A stretch of DNA of 64,000 bases from an uncultured Gemmatimonadales bacterium (lineage in GTDB: Bacteria > Gemmatimonadota > Gemmatimonadetes > Gemmatimonadales > Gemmatimonadaceae), in the NCBI GenBank assembly GCA_963793305.1, contig CAWBZV010000005.1:896001-960000 (forward strand). Reading direction: 5' to 3'. Below the pieces are notes generated by a model, which was not told where the DNA came from, did not search any database, and saw only the letters and a list, made by a program, of their open reading frames with translations. The translations under genes were made by a program, and so were the position numbers. Below, in pieces: positions 19,877 through 29,202 of this stretch (position 1 is its first letter; every line of letters starts with the position of its first letter).

Positions 19877-20883
19877 ATGCGAGGCAGAGGATCCCCGACG
19901 AGCATATCCACGATGCGGCTCCCGCCGTACCCCGTTGTGACGAGCACGGAGCCGGCTGGCTCGCTCTTGATCTCACCAATAAGCGCTGCGCGCTCGCCCA
20001 TTGCCGCCAACGCCATCTCGGCATACTCGGCCGCAACAACCGTCAGGAATTGCCCTTCGTTGGCAATGTGTAGTGGATCGAGACCGAGTAACTCGCAGGC
20101 GCCTCTGACCTCCGCACGGACCGGTATGAGCTCTTCCAGGAGATGAACGCCGAAGCCGCTGTCGAGGGCCAGCTCATTGAGTGTCGTCGCGACCCCGCCC
20201 CGGGTCGGATCGCGCATCCACCGCACACCGGGGCCCGCGGCTCGCATCAACGCTTCCACGAGCGGGAAAACCGATCGCGTGTCCGACTGGAGATCGGCCT
20301 CCAGATCCAGCTCCCCACGCGCGAGCAAGATCGTGATCCCGTGATCCCCGATGGGCCCCGAGACAATGATCTTGTCCCCAGGTTGAACCTGGCGGGGCCC
20401 GAGCACGAGCCCGGGGCGCCGTAGTCCAATCCCTGTCGTCGTGATGTACATCTGGTCGGCCTTGCCGTGCTCGACGACTTTCGTATCGCCACCGACGATC
20501 GCAATCCCGGCGCACGCGGCGGCCTGTGCCATCGCGCGCACTTCGGCCTCGAGGACACTCGTCGGCAATCCCGCCTCGAGCACAAACGATACGACCATCG
20601 CCACCGGCGTGGCGCCAGATACCGCGAGGTCGTTCACGGTACCGTTGACGGCCAACTCTCCAATGGACCCGCCGGGGAACTTGAGCGGCGTGACGACAAA
20701 CGCGTCGGTCGTAATGGCCACTGCCGCTCCGTCGACGTCGACCGTCGCCGCATCGCCGAGCGACTCGTGCGCATCGTAGGCATCGCGCATGAGCAACGGC
20801 GCGATCAGCCCGTCGATGAGGCGCCGGGTCGCCTTGCCGCCGGCGCCATGGGCCATCTCGATCTGCGGCTCGCGAAATTTCAC
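19870..20883 (-). CDS. hypE: Hydrogenase maturation protein HypE
   Basis: HGAGG, NGTVNDLAVSGA, GDTKVVE, RDPTRGG, C-terminal PRIC; GTG start overlaps the hypD stop. Confidence 0.97.
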   Translation of the reverse strand: MKFREPQIEMAHGAGGKATRRLIDGLIAPLLMRDAYDAHESLGDAATVDVDGAAVAITTDAFVVTPLKFPGGSIGELAVNGTVNDLAVSGATPVAMVVSFVLEAGLPTSVLEAEVRAMAQAAACAGIAIVGGDTKVVEHGKADQMYITTTGIGLRRPGLVLGPRQVQPGDKIIVSGPIGDHGITILLARGELDLEADLQSDTRSVFPLVEALMRAAGPGVRWMRDPTRGGVATTLNELALDSGFGVHLLEELIPVRAEVRGACELLGLDPLHIANEGQFLTVVAAEYAEMALAAMGERAALIGEIKSEPAGSVLVTTGYGGSRIVDMLVGDPLPRIC

Positions 20884-22005
20884 ACCGTTGCGGGCTGGCG
20901 CCCCAACGTCTTCCGATGCTCGTAGTTGTAGTACGCTGCGCATGATCCTTCCGAGGAGACCATCAACGCCCCGACCGGCCGCTCGGGCGTGCACTCGCGC
21001 CCGAACAGTTTGCACTGCACAGGCTTGAGCACGCCCTTCAAGACTTCACCGCACTGCGCGGCCTTGGGATCGGTCACCCGCACCCCCGCGATGTCGAATC
21101 GGCGCTCGGCATCCCACTGCGCGTAGCTCTCCTTGATCCGCAGGGCAGACTGCGAGATGAACCCGAGCCCGCGCCACTCGAAGAACGGCCGCAGCTCGAA
21201 CACCTCGGCCATCGCCGAGAGCGCGGCCCGGTTGCCTTCCCAGGGAACGACGCGCTTGTATTGGTTCTCGACGATCGAGGTACGCCGTTTGATCTGCCGC
21301 AGCAACATGACGATCGATTGCAGCATGTCGAGTGGCTCGAACCCGGAGACGACGATCGGCCGCTTCTCGTCCCGCGCGATCCACTCATACGGCCGGCATC
21401 CAATCACGGTCGACACGTGCCCGGGACCGATAAACGCGTCCAGTCGCATATCGGGTGAATCCAATATCGCCCGAATAGCGGGGATGATGGTGACGTGGTT
21501 ACAGAACACCGAAAAATTCTTGATGCCCTCGGCTTTCGCCCGCATGAGCGTCAACGCGGTCGATGGCGCCGTCGTCTCGAACCCGATGGCGAAGAACATG
21601 ACGTGCCGGTCGGGATTGGTTCTGGCCAGCTTGAGGGCGTCCGATGGCGAGTACACGATGCGCACATCCATGCCCCGCGCCTTGTGCTCCAAGGGGCTGC
21701 CGTGCGCACCCGGCACGCGCATCATGTCGCCGAACGCCGCGAAGATGACCTCGGGCTGCCTGCCGAGCGCGAGCCCGTCATCGATCCGCCCCATCGGAAG
21801 CACGCACACGGGGCATCCCGGCCCGTGAATCAACTCGAATGTTCTCAGGCAGGACATCCTTGAGCCCGAACCGATAGATCGCGTGCGTATGGCCACCGCA
21901 CACCTCCATGAACCGATACCGACGCCCGGGGTCGGTCAGCCACCGGATCTCCTCGGCGACCGTGTTGATCACCTCGGGATCGCGAAACTCATCGACGAAT
22001 CTCAT
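20880..22005 (-). CDS. hypD: Hydrogenase formation protein HypD (+1 frameshift near 21839, probably an assembly error)
   Basis: MEVCGGHTHAI in one frame; HGPGCPVCV, GFETTAP, GPGHVS, GALMVSSEGSCAAYY in the next. Confidence 0.95.
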
Positions 22006-22277
22006 GAGGACTCCAGCCCGTAGCCGCGGACCTCTTCCATCGCCGCCAGGTCTTCGCCGAGGATTCTTAACGTTCGCATCTGCTCGGCCGCGTCCTGCTC
22101 GCTGATCTTGCTCATCGCGAAACCGACGTGAATGAGGACCCAGTCGCCAGGAACTGGATGCTCATCGACGAGCAGCCCGAGATCCACGCGCCGGCGCACC
22201 CCATTGACGTCAACGAGCGCGAGCGTCGCGTAATCGGCGACCATCTCGACGATCTTACCGGGAATCGCTAGGCACAT
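22002..22277 (-). CDS. hypC: HypC/HupF chaperone
   Basis: MCLAIPGKIVE...GDWVLIHVGFAM. Confidence 0.97.
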   Translation of the reverse strand: MCLAIPGKIVEMVADYATLALVDVNGVRRRVDLGLLVDEHPVPGDWVLIHVGFAMSKISEQDAAEQMRTLRILGEDLAAMEEVRGYGLESS

Positions 22278-22409
22278 TTGGCGACAATGTGGAATGTACA
22301 CCTGAACTCATCGAGCCTGAGCGTCGTTTGATCGGCGACCATCTCGACGATACTATCGGGAATCGCTAGACACATTGGCGACAATGTCGAATGTACACTT
22401 GAGCTCATC
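22233..22409. repeat. Diverged direct duplication (about 80 bp, period about 98 bp) of the yceI-end/hypC-start junction
   Basis: atcggcgaccatctcgacgat...gggaatcgctag...ggcgacaatgt...aatgtacac...ctcatc at 22233-22312 and at 22331-22409. Confidence 0.9.
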
Positions 22410-22916
22410 CTTTGCCTTGACCGCCCCACCTGCGGCGCTCACGAGCTTGATTCCGTAGTCAGTCTGTCTGACACTGAACTCACCATACGCCCGCAGTGTC
22501 GCAGGACTGACAATCGTACGCGCATTCACAGGCTGCCGGCGCGAAGCGCCGTGCAGCGTGAGATTGCCCGAAAGGGCAACATCGAATTGCCCATCGCCGG
22601 TGCGCTTCGTGGTGGTAACGGAGGTCGGCGAATCGTACGAGATAGTCTGGTATTTCGATATCTCGAGCACTTGATCCCGCATGATGCTCTCGATCTCCTC
22701 CCGATCGCGACTGCTGACGTCGTCGATGAGCTCCAACGAAGCCCCGGTGATCGAGAGCGCCAACGACGCGTCGGCGCCCGATTCCGGATCGATGTTAACC
22801 TCGCCCTCGTACTGCCGGACCGCAAATGTCGGATTGTGCGCCAGCGCCGACAACATGCCGGCCGCAAACGCCTTGATCGTGAATTTGCTCACGCCAACCT
22901 CGATCCTATACCTCAC
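22353..22916 (-). CDS. YceI-family (polyisoprenoid-binding) protein, no signal peptide
   Basis: VLEISKYQTISY, GNLTLHG, GEFSVRQTDYGIK, VKAKDELKCTFDI. Confidence 0.88.
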   Translation of the reverse strand: MRYRIEVGVSKFTIKAFAAGMLSALAHNPTFAVRQYEGEVNIDPESGADASLALSITGASLELIDDVSSRDREEIESIMRDQVLEISKYQTISYDSPTSVTTTKRTGDGQFDVALSGNLTLHGASRRQPVNARTIVSPATLRAYGEFSVRQTDYGIKLVSAAGGAVKAKDELKCTFDIVANVSSDSR

Positions 22917-23113
22917 ATAGCTCTGAGCTTCAGATATCGGGCCACATCGGGCACGGCGTTCTGGATCAGGTCGACTGGCCGTATCTGCCCCAGCAATTGC
23001 CGAACGTTCCGGTTCGACAAGATCAAGCCGGCGCCGAGGACCGCCAGCGCCACTCCGCCGAACAGGAGCATAGTATCCCGATCGGCCGCGTCGTCATTCT
23101 CGACTGCTCTCAT
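22913..23113 (-). CDS. Small membrane protein with PDxxRYLxxRxM C-terminus (DUF6893-like)
   Basis: One TM segment, ends VPDVARYLKLRAM; RBS GGGGGAG. Confidence 0.8.
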   Translation of the reverse strand: MRAVENDDAADRDTMLLFGGVALAVLGAGLILSNRNVRQLLGQIRPVDLIQNAVPDVARYLKLRAM

Positions 23114-23853
23114 CGCTCCCCCCATTCAAGAATTTCGCGATCAGCAACTCCACGACGGTCGCGGCCTGCACGACAGCGGCCTCTACTTCGGGACTCAGCC
23201 CCATCTGCCCTTCCGGCGGCCCCAGTGTGACCGGCTCACACCCGACGATCAGTACGTTCTTCAACGTCGCGCCTTGCGCCCTCGACAGCCGCAACACGTG
23301 CAGGGGATTCATGTCGTGCGCATCGAATGTCGCCGGGTCGCTCTCGTGCTCGATGTCGGGCTCGATGACAAAGAATGTCGCCCGGAGTCTTCCCCCACGG
23401 ACACGCGTCGACGAGGATGACGTGGTCGTACTCATCCATGAGGGCAAACGCGAGATCGTACCCTCGTATGCCAAAATCGACGACGTTCACACCAGCGGGG
23501 AACTCGCGGCAACCGAAATGCCTGACGACCTCGACCCCGAACCCGTCGTCGCCCATGAAGATGTTGCCGATCCCGGCTACGAGAACCCGTGGCGGCGAGG
23601 GTTCCGGCGGCTCGGCCGCCGCCTCTATGAACTCCAACTCGGCCGGCGCAAAGAAGAACCGATGCGCGGGCGCGCGCGGCCCGAGGGCTCGGCCCGGGTC
23701 GTCGTCGAGCACGACCACGACGTGCTCCTGCCCGCCGTAATCCCGCTCGACGGACGCCACTCGCGCCAACTGACCCGCCAGCGCGAGATCGAAAATGTCG
23801 CCCCGCACTTTGGGCTGAAGCCGCACGCGATCCCCGGGCTGCAGCGTGGTCAT
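23094..23853 (-). CDS. Hydrogenase maturation endopeptidase with extra N-terminal domain (+1 frameshift near 23380)
   Basis: VAGIGNIFMGDDGFGVEV, DFGIRGYDLA; after the shift DAHDMNP, IVGCEP, GLSPEV. Confidence 0.9.
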
Positions 23854-24608
23854 ACGGGTCTCATCGTCCCATGCAGCTTCATGAGCTGCTCGGCCGCGAG
23901 GGATTGCGTGCGCTCCAACAGCGCGCGACCCTTCTCGTCGGACGCGCGTATCTCGCGCTGCTCATCGTCGGTCAGCGTCAGGATCCGGAGCGACAGGATC
24001 TCATCGATCTCCGTGCTATCGTAGAGATCCCCGGGACTCTCGTCCGCGATCTCCGGATAGTCGTACACAATGATAGGAGACGACAGCATGATCTGATGCT
24101 GTCCGCGCGGACCCGCCAGTACGGGCCACGTCCGAAGGTTCCGGCACTCGCCCGCCGTCGCCCGATAGATCTCCGGCGGGTCGATCATCGAGACGAACTC
24201 TCCGTTCGACACGCCGAGAATCGTGTGCGTCGCCGCCATCGAGTGCCCGGACTCGGGCGTGTTGACGATTCGGGCGCGGAGTCTCAACGTGCGGTCGGCA
24301 TACCGGAGCGTGGACACCTCGACCACGCCACTCAACGAGGCCCAAGCGAACGGCGTCGAGCCCATCGCGCTGGTGGTCACCTCGCGCTCGACCGGATCGG
24401 GCGTGAGCTCGATGAACCGCACGCGCACATCGAACGTCGTCGCCGCATCGCCCATGACGAGACACTCGGTCTGCATGTACTCGCCGGGCGCGATGACGCC
24501 GAAGTTGAACGGCTGGCGATTCTTGAGCGCCGATGGGCGGTACGGGTAGAGCAGGTACCCTTCGTAGAGCAACACATTGGCGACTTTGTCGACGTCGGTG
24601 ATGGTCAT
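23850..24608 (-). CDS. Conserved group 1h hydrogenase accessory protein (HhaC-like)
   Basis: LLYEGYLLYPYRPSALKN, LSSPIIVYDYPEIADESPGDLYDSTEIDEILSLRILTLTD. Confidence 0.85.
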   Translation of the reverse strand: MTITDVDKVANVLLYEGYLLYPYRPSALKNRQPFNFGVIAPGEYMQTECLVMGDAATTFDVRVRFIELTPDPVEREVTTSAMGSTPFAWASLSGVVEVSTLRYADRTLRLRARIVNTPESGHSMAATHTILGVSNGEFVSMIDPPEIYRATAGECRNLRTWPVLAGPRGQHQIMLSSPIIVYDYPEIADESPGDLYDSTEIDEILSLRILTLTDDEQREIRASDEKGRALLERTQSLAAEQLMKLHGTMRPV

Positions 24609-25234
24609 ACGCGCGTCACCTCCTCCATCACTTGCTCCCAGGTGGGAATGCCGCGAGCGATCTTGAACCGGTAGAGCCGCTCGAAGATGTCCCGCCGGAG
24701 CGCCAACCAGGCGAGGTTCGGATAGTACTGATCCATGAGATTCTTCCATACCTTCACCGGGAGCCGGAACTTCGCCTCGCGGTCCCAGGGGATCGGCGCG
24801 ACCTGCAGCGCCCCGGACGCATCCTGATAGAACACGCTGCCGCTGAACTGAAACGTGAGCGGCACCTCGCCATCGGCGAGCGCATAGAAATACTTGGTCG
24901 CCGCGACGTTGAAGTCGAACGTGCACGGCACGGGCATCTCGACCGTGGTCTCGCGAGTGAACGACGGCACGATCACACCCACGTGCGTCCACAGCAGGCT
25001 CTTGAGCGTCGTGCCCCAGCGATCCCGCTCGCCGAAGAGGTCCCGGAGCTTCGCCGCTTCCTCGCTATCGTACTGGCGGCGCACGACGTCGAGCTGGATC
25101 TGGCACCTCAGGACCACGGTGTGGACCGCCTCGTCGGATGGCTGGTTCGTCACCCGCAGCGCGAATCCCAACATCGGTACGAGAGCAAAGGGCGTCACCG
25201 ACGCGCTCTCAACGGCGAACGATAGATCAGGCAC
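24605..25234 (-). CDS. DUF6084 group 1h accessory protein (HhaB-like)
   Basis: LRCQIQL, LFGERDRWG, PCTFDFNVAATKYF, IPWDREA. Confidence 0.88.
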   Translation of the reverse strand: MPDLSFAVESASVTPFALVPMLGFALRVTNQPSDEAVHTVVLRCQIQLDVVRRQYDSEEAAKLRDLFGERDRWGTTLKSLLWTHVGVIVPSFTRETTVEMPVPCTFDFNVAATKYFYALADGEVPLTFQFSGSVFYQDASGALQVAPIPWDREAKFRLPVKVWKNLMDQYYPNLAWLALRRDIFERLYRFKIARGIPTWEQVMEEVTRV

Positions 25235-25788
25235 GACGCCTCAGCTCGTTGAAGAAGTCCGCGATCGCCACCCACACCTGCGTTCCCCCCGAGAGCCCCT
25301 TCCACTGTGTTCGAATCAACCCCACCAGCCGGTAGCACTGGTCGATCGGCGCCACGAAATACTCCGGCACGGCGCGATTGACGAGCAGGGCTTCGAACGT
25401 CAGGCGCCAGCCCTATGTCCTCCCACGTGTCGAGGTCTAGCGCGGACTCCGTTGCCCCAGCCGGGCTCGGATAATACGCCACCACACGCTTATGCGGCGT
25501 GGAATGGACGAAGAACGCCAGGTTGATCGGAATCCCGAGCGCGTCCCATTGCGCGTTGCTCATCTGAAAGTCGCTCAAGAGTCGCACGCGCCGAGGCACG
25601 CGCTTGCGCGTTGTCGTCCGCTCGAACAACACGGCGCAGGCGCCACACGCGCAGATGAGCCGTCGCTCGCCCACCTCGAGCAGATGCTCGTGGTCGCTGT
25701 GCAAATCGGTCCCACACAACTCACACCGCTCGGTCGCCCGCGAGCGGGCATTGAACTGGCGCAGGCGATTGAACGCGGTCGCGCCCAC
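25227..25788 (-). CDS. DUF5947 group 1h accessory protein (HhaA-like; +1 frameshift near 25397)
   Basis: ERCELCG...HEHL...CACGAC, YPSPAGATES; after the shift EALLVNR...PIDQCYRLVGLIR...WKGLSGG. Confidence 0.88.
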
Positions 25789-26234
25789 TAGCGCCTGCGC
25801 TCCAGCATCACCAGCGGCTCTTGGCGCTCCACGACGATCGAGTCGACCTCGGGGGCGGCCTCTCGAAGCGCCTCTTCAATGGTTCGGACGAGCGACGTCG
25901 GGCCGTCGACGCGCACGTGCGCCGATGAGTCATCGACGCGTAAGATCTCGACCTTTCCCTCGTGTGTCCGCAATGCCTCTCGGACCCGCTTGGTGGCGTC
26001 CCACGGATGCAGGTCATGCAACAACAGCAGCGTGCGCACTTTCGGATCCCGCGCGAATCGCTCCAGCAGCGCCTCGCCGGGCGCGCCACTCGCGCGCGTC
26101 AGGTCGAGGAGACGCCCGAGTCCAGCGGCATGGAGCTCCATCACGGCCTGCAACAACTCCTTTGACATGGCTTTCGAGGCCGGGTCACTCCCGGCCTCGA
26201 GTTGCTCCACCAGCTCGGCGATGCGCTCGATCAA
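25788..26234 (-). CDS. NifU-like protein of the hydrogenase cluster, lacking CxxC
   Basis: LLQAVMELHAAGL...LLLLHDLHP...IEEALREAAPEV; TTG start overlaps the hhyL stop (start uncertain). Confidence 0.8.
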   Translation of the reverse strand: MIERIAELVEQLEAGSDPASKAMSKELLQAVMELHAAGLGRLLDLTRASGAPGEALLERFARDPKVRTLLLLHDLHPWDATKRVREALRTHEGKVEILRVDDSSAHVRVDGPTSLVRTIEEALREAAPEVDSIVVERQEPLVMLERRR

Positions 26235-28024
26235 GGTTGTATCCCGAACATCGGCGTGTGATGCGTCTCGAGCGTCTTGCCGTTGCCGAGGTACATGTGG
26301 ACGCCGCACGGCAGACAGGGATCGAAGCTCCGCACGGCGCGCATGATGTCGATGCCCTTGAACGAGTCCGGCCCGTTCTCCTCGAAGATCGGCGTGTTCT
26401 GCACGGCATCTTCGTACGGTCCGGGCGTCCCATAGACATCGCGCACGCTGCCGTTCCACGGCGTCGGCGGATACGGGTGGTAGTTGGCGATCTTGCCTTC
26501 GCGGATCACGACGTGATGCGACAGCACGCCCCGGACGGCCTCGTGGAATCCGCAGGCGATGGCCTCGTCGGGCACCTTGAACTCGCTCCACGTCCTGGTG
26601 CGCCCCGCATGGAGCTCGGCCAGCGCCTTATCCACGAAGTAGTACGCGCAGGCGCACGCATACGCCTGGAAGTACGTGCGCGCGCGGTCACGCTCGAGCG
26701 CGTTGCTCCACTTTGGGATCTTCCACTCGAACTCGGTCTCCGGCAGCGTGGCGGTCTTCGGCAGATAGATCTTGACACTCTTGCCGGTCGCTTTCACGTA
26801 CCCAATGTCAACGATGCCGGCCAACGCCGTGGCCCAGAATCTGGCGATCGGCCCGCCACCGGTATCGAGCGCCAGATAATCTTTGCCGTCGAACCACCGC
26901 GGCGACATGGTCCAGCTGTACTTGTCATCGAAGTCGCGCTTCTGCGGACGGGGTATCGTCGTCTGGTTCCATGGGTGCCGCTGATCAACGGGGTTCCCAA
27001 GCGGGTCTTGCCGCACGAAGGTCTCACTATTCTGCCAATCGTCGTAGAACGAATGCCCCAGCAGAATCCTGATCCCCAGATTGATATCAACCAAATCATG
27101 CGTCACCAACTTCCCATCGACAACGACGCCAGGCGTGACATACATAGCGTCGCCCCACGTCGACATCTTCTTATACGTGTAGTCACACGCATCGGGATTA
27201 TTGAACGACCCCCAGCAGCCGAGCAACGTCCGCCGATACCCAACCTTCTCGTATCCCGGTAGCGCCTCATAGAAGAAGTCGAACAGATCATCATGCAACG
27301 GCACGACCTTCTTCATGAACTCGGCGTATCTCGCCAGCCGGACGAGATAGTCGGTAAAGAGCTGGATGGTAGGCACGGTCCCAACGCCGCCAGGATACAG
27401 CGTCGACGGATGCACATGCCGTCCTTCCATGAGACAGAACATCTCACGGGTATATCGACTGACCTGTAGCGTCTCGAGATAGAACGACCCGGTGAAGGGA
27501 TTCAGCGCGGTCATGATGTCCGCGATGGTCCGAAATCCGTGCTGCTCGGCGTGAGGGGATTGGGTCTTCTTGGCCTTCTCCCAAACGCCAGGATTCGTGG
27601 CGCGCACCATCTGCTCGCAGAAGTCGACGCCGACCAGGTTATCCTGGAAGATGTTGTGATCGAACATGTACTCGGCCGCTTCGCCGAGGTTGACGATCCA
27701 CTCACCGAGCGCGGGCGGCTTGACGCCAAAGGCCATGTTCTGCGCATACATGGCGCAGGTCGCGTGATTATCGCCGCAGATCCCGCAGATGCGACTCGTA
27801 ATGAAGTGCGAGTCGCGCGGGTCTTTGCCTTTCATGAAAATGGAATAGCCGCGGAAGATCGACGATGTGCTATGGCACTCCGCGACTTCTCTGTTCTCGA
27901 AGTCGATCTTGGTGAAGATGCCGAGGCTCCCGACAATGCGCGTGATGGGATCCCAGTTCATCTCCACGAGTTTGCGCGATTTCCCCTCGCTGCCAGCGCG
28001 CCCCGTGGGGGCAACAGTTGTCAT
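26231..28024 (-). CDS. hhyL: Group 1h [NiFe]-hydrogenase large subunit
   Basis: WDPITRIVGSLGI, L1 motif SRICGICGDNH, L2 motif RSFDPCLPCGVH followed by a C-terminal extension. Confidence 0.96.
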   Translation of the reverse strand: MTTVAPTGRAGSEGKSRKLVEMNWDPITRIVGSLGIFTKIDFENREVAECHSTSSIFRGYSIFMKGKDPRDSHFITSRICGICGDNHATCAMYAQNMAFGVKPPALGEWIVNLGEAAEYMFDHNIFQDNLVGVDFCEQMVRATNPGVWEKAKKTQSPHAEQHGFRTIADIMTALNPFTGSFYLETLQVSRYTREMFCLMEGRHVHPSTLYPGGVGTVPTIQLFTDYLVRLARYAEFMKKVVPLHDDLFDFFYEALPGYEKVGYRRTLLGCWGSFNNPDACDYTYKKMSTWGDAMYVTPGVVVDGKLVTHDLVDINLGIRILLGHSFYDDWQNSETFVRQDPLGNPVDQRHPWNQTTIPRPQKRDFDDKYSWTMSPRWFDGKDYLALDTGGGPIARFWATALAGIVDIGYVKATGKSVKIYLPKTATLPETEFEWKIPKWSNALERDRARTYFQAYACACAYYFVDKALAELHAGRTRTWSEFKVPDEAIACGFHEAVRGVLSHHVVIREGKIANYHPYPPTPWNGSVRDVYGTPGPYEDAVQNTPIFEENGPDSFKGIDIMRAVRSFDPCLPCGVHMYLGNGKTLETHHTPMFGIQP

Positions 28025-28031
28025 ATTGTCC

Positions 28032-29093
28032 TCAAGCCCTGGGGTGATATCCCGTGGTCAACTCTCCCCGCGGGTGGCGCCACTTCGGTTCTTTATTGAG
28101 GGTCGTATTCGTAAAGGATCTCAGCGCTCGAATCGTGCGCCCGTAGATGCTGATGCTCGCGGCGGAGACTTTCGCGCCCGGCGGCTCATCCATGAACGGC
28201 ATGAACTTGTCGGGGAACCCGGGCATGGTGCATCCGATGCAGATGCCGCCGACGTTCGGGCACCCGCCGATGCCCGCCATCCATCCCCGCTTCGGCACGT
28301 TGCAGTTCACGACCGGCCCCCAGCATCCGAGCTTGACGATGCACTTGGGCGAGCCGTACTCGGTCGCGAAATCGCCTTGCTCGTAGTATCCGGCGCGATC
28401 ACATCCCTCATGCACCGTCTTCCCGAACAACCACGTCGGTCGTAACTGATCGTCAAGCGGAATCATTGGCGCGAGACCGGCAACCTGATACAGGAGATAG
28501 AGCACGGTCTCCATGAAGTTGTCAGGCTGCACCGGACACCCGGGCACATTGACAATCGGGACACCCGCTTTCGACCGCCAATCCCATCCGAGATAATCCG
28601 CGAGTCCCATGCACCCGGTCGGGTTGCCGGACATTGCATGGATGCCACCGTACGTGGCGCACGTCCCGATCGCGACAACTGCGAGGGCCTTTGGCGCGAG
28701 CCGATCGATCCATTCCGTGGTCTTGATCGGCTGCCCGGTTTTGGTGTCAGTGCCGAGCGCGGCCCAGTACCCATCGGGCCCGTGGATCTTCTCGTTCGGG
28801 ACTGAGCCCTCAACGACGAGCACGAACGGATCGAGCTTCCCTTGCTCGGCTTGATACCAGAACTTCATGAAATCCGAGCCGTTCTCAACCGCGAGAACGG
28901 GGTTGTGCAAATGGACCTTGGGCAAACCGGGAATAGCGCCGAGCAACACGTCTTCGATGCTCGGCTGTGTCGCCGCGGTAATCGAGACCGTATCGCCATC
29001 GCACCCCAGGCCGGCGGTCATCCAGACGATGTGGATCTCGGGAACCGGCGACGGCCGCTGCGTCTTGCGACCATAAGGCACGGTGTCGGGCAT
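28032..29093 (-). CDS. hhyS: Group 1h [NiFe]-hydrogenase small subunit
   Basis: AGLGCDGD, GTCATYGG, PGCP, HEGCDRAGYY, CIVKLGCWGP, GGCPNVGGICIGC; no Tat signal; RBS GAGGGG. Confidence 0.96.
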   Translation of the reverse strand: MPDTVPYGRKTQRPSPVPEIHIVWMTAGLGCDGDTVSITAATQPSIEDVLLGAIPGLPKVHLHNPVLAVENGSDFMKFWYQAEQGKLDPFVLVVEGSVPNEKIHGPDGYWAALGTDTKTGQPIKTTEWIDRLAPKALAVVAIGTCATYGGIHAMSGNPTGCMGLADYLGWDWRSKAGVPIVNVPGCPVQPDNFMETVLYLLYQVAGLAPMIPLDDQLRPTWLFGKTVHEGCDRAGYYEQGDFATEYGSPKCIVKLGCWGPVVNCNVPKRGWMAGIGGCPNVGGICIGCTMPGFPDKFMPFMDEPPGAKVSAASISIYGRTIRALRSFTNTTLNKEPKWRHPRGELTTGYHPRA

Positions 29094-29151
29094 AGCCCCT
29101 CGATGCGCGTTGTGGTGGCTTTGAGATACCGACACGAGCCGGCCGCAACAA

Positions 29152-29190
29152 GCGGGGACATCCCGCGATGTCCTAGGGGAATCCCTTAGG
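29152..29190. promoter_or_regulatory. Tandem palindromes upstream of hhyS (candidate response-regulator sites)
   Basis: GCGGGGACATCCCGC (29152-29166) and CCTAGGGGAATCCCTTAGG (29172-29190); centres 22 bp apart. Confidence 0.6.
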
Positions 29191-29202
29191 TCGAACCGCT
29201 AC

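Noticed and set aside
20880..25788. Pseudogenisation or programmed frameshifting of hypD, the protease and DUF5947
   Set aside because: Single +1 insertions with intact sequence on both sides, no slippery heptamers, and the same pattern across unrelated genes; assembly error is more likely, though unproven.
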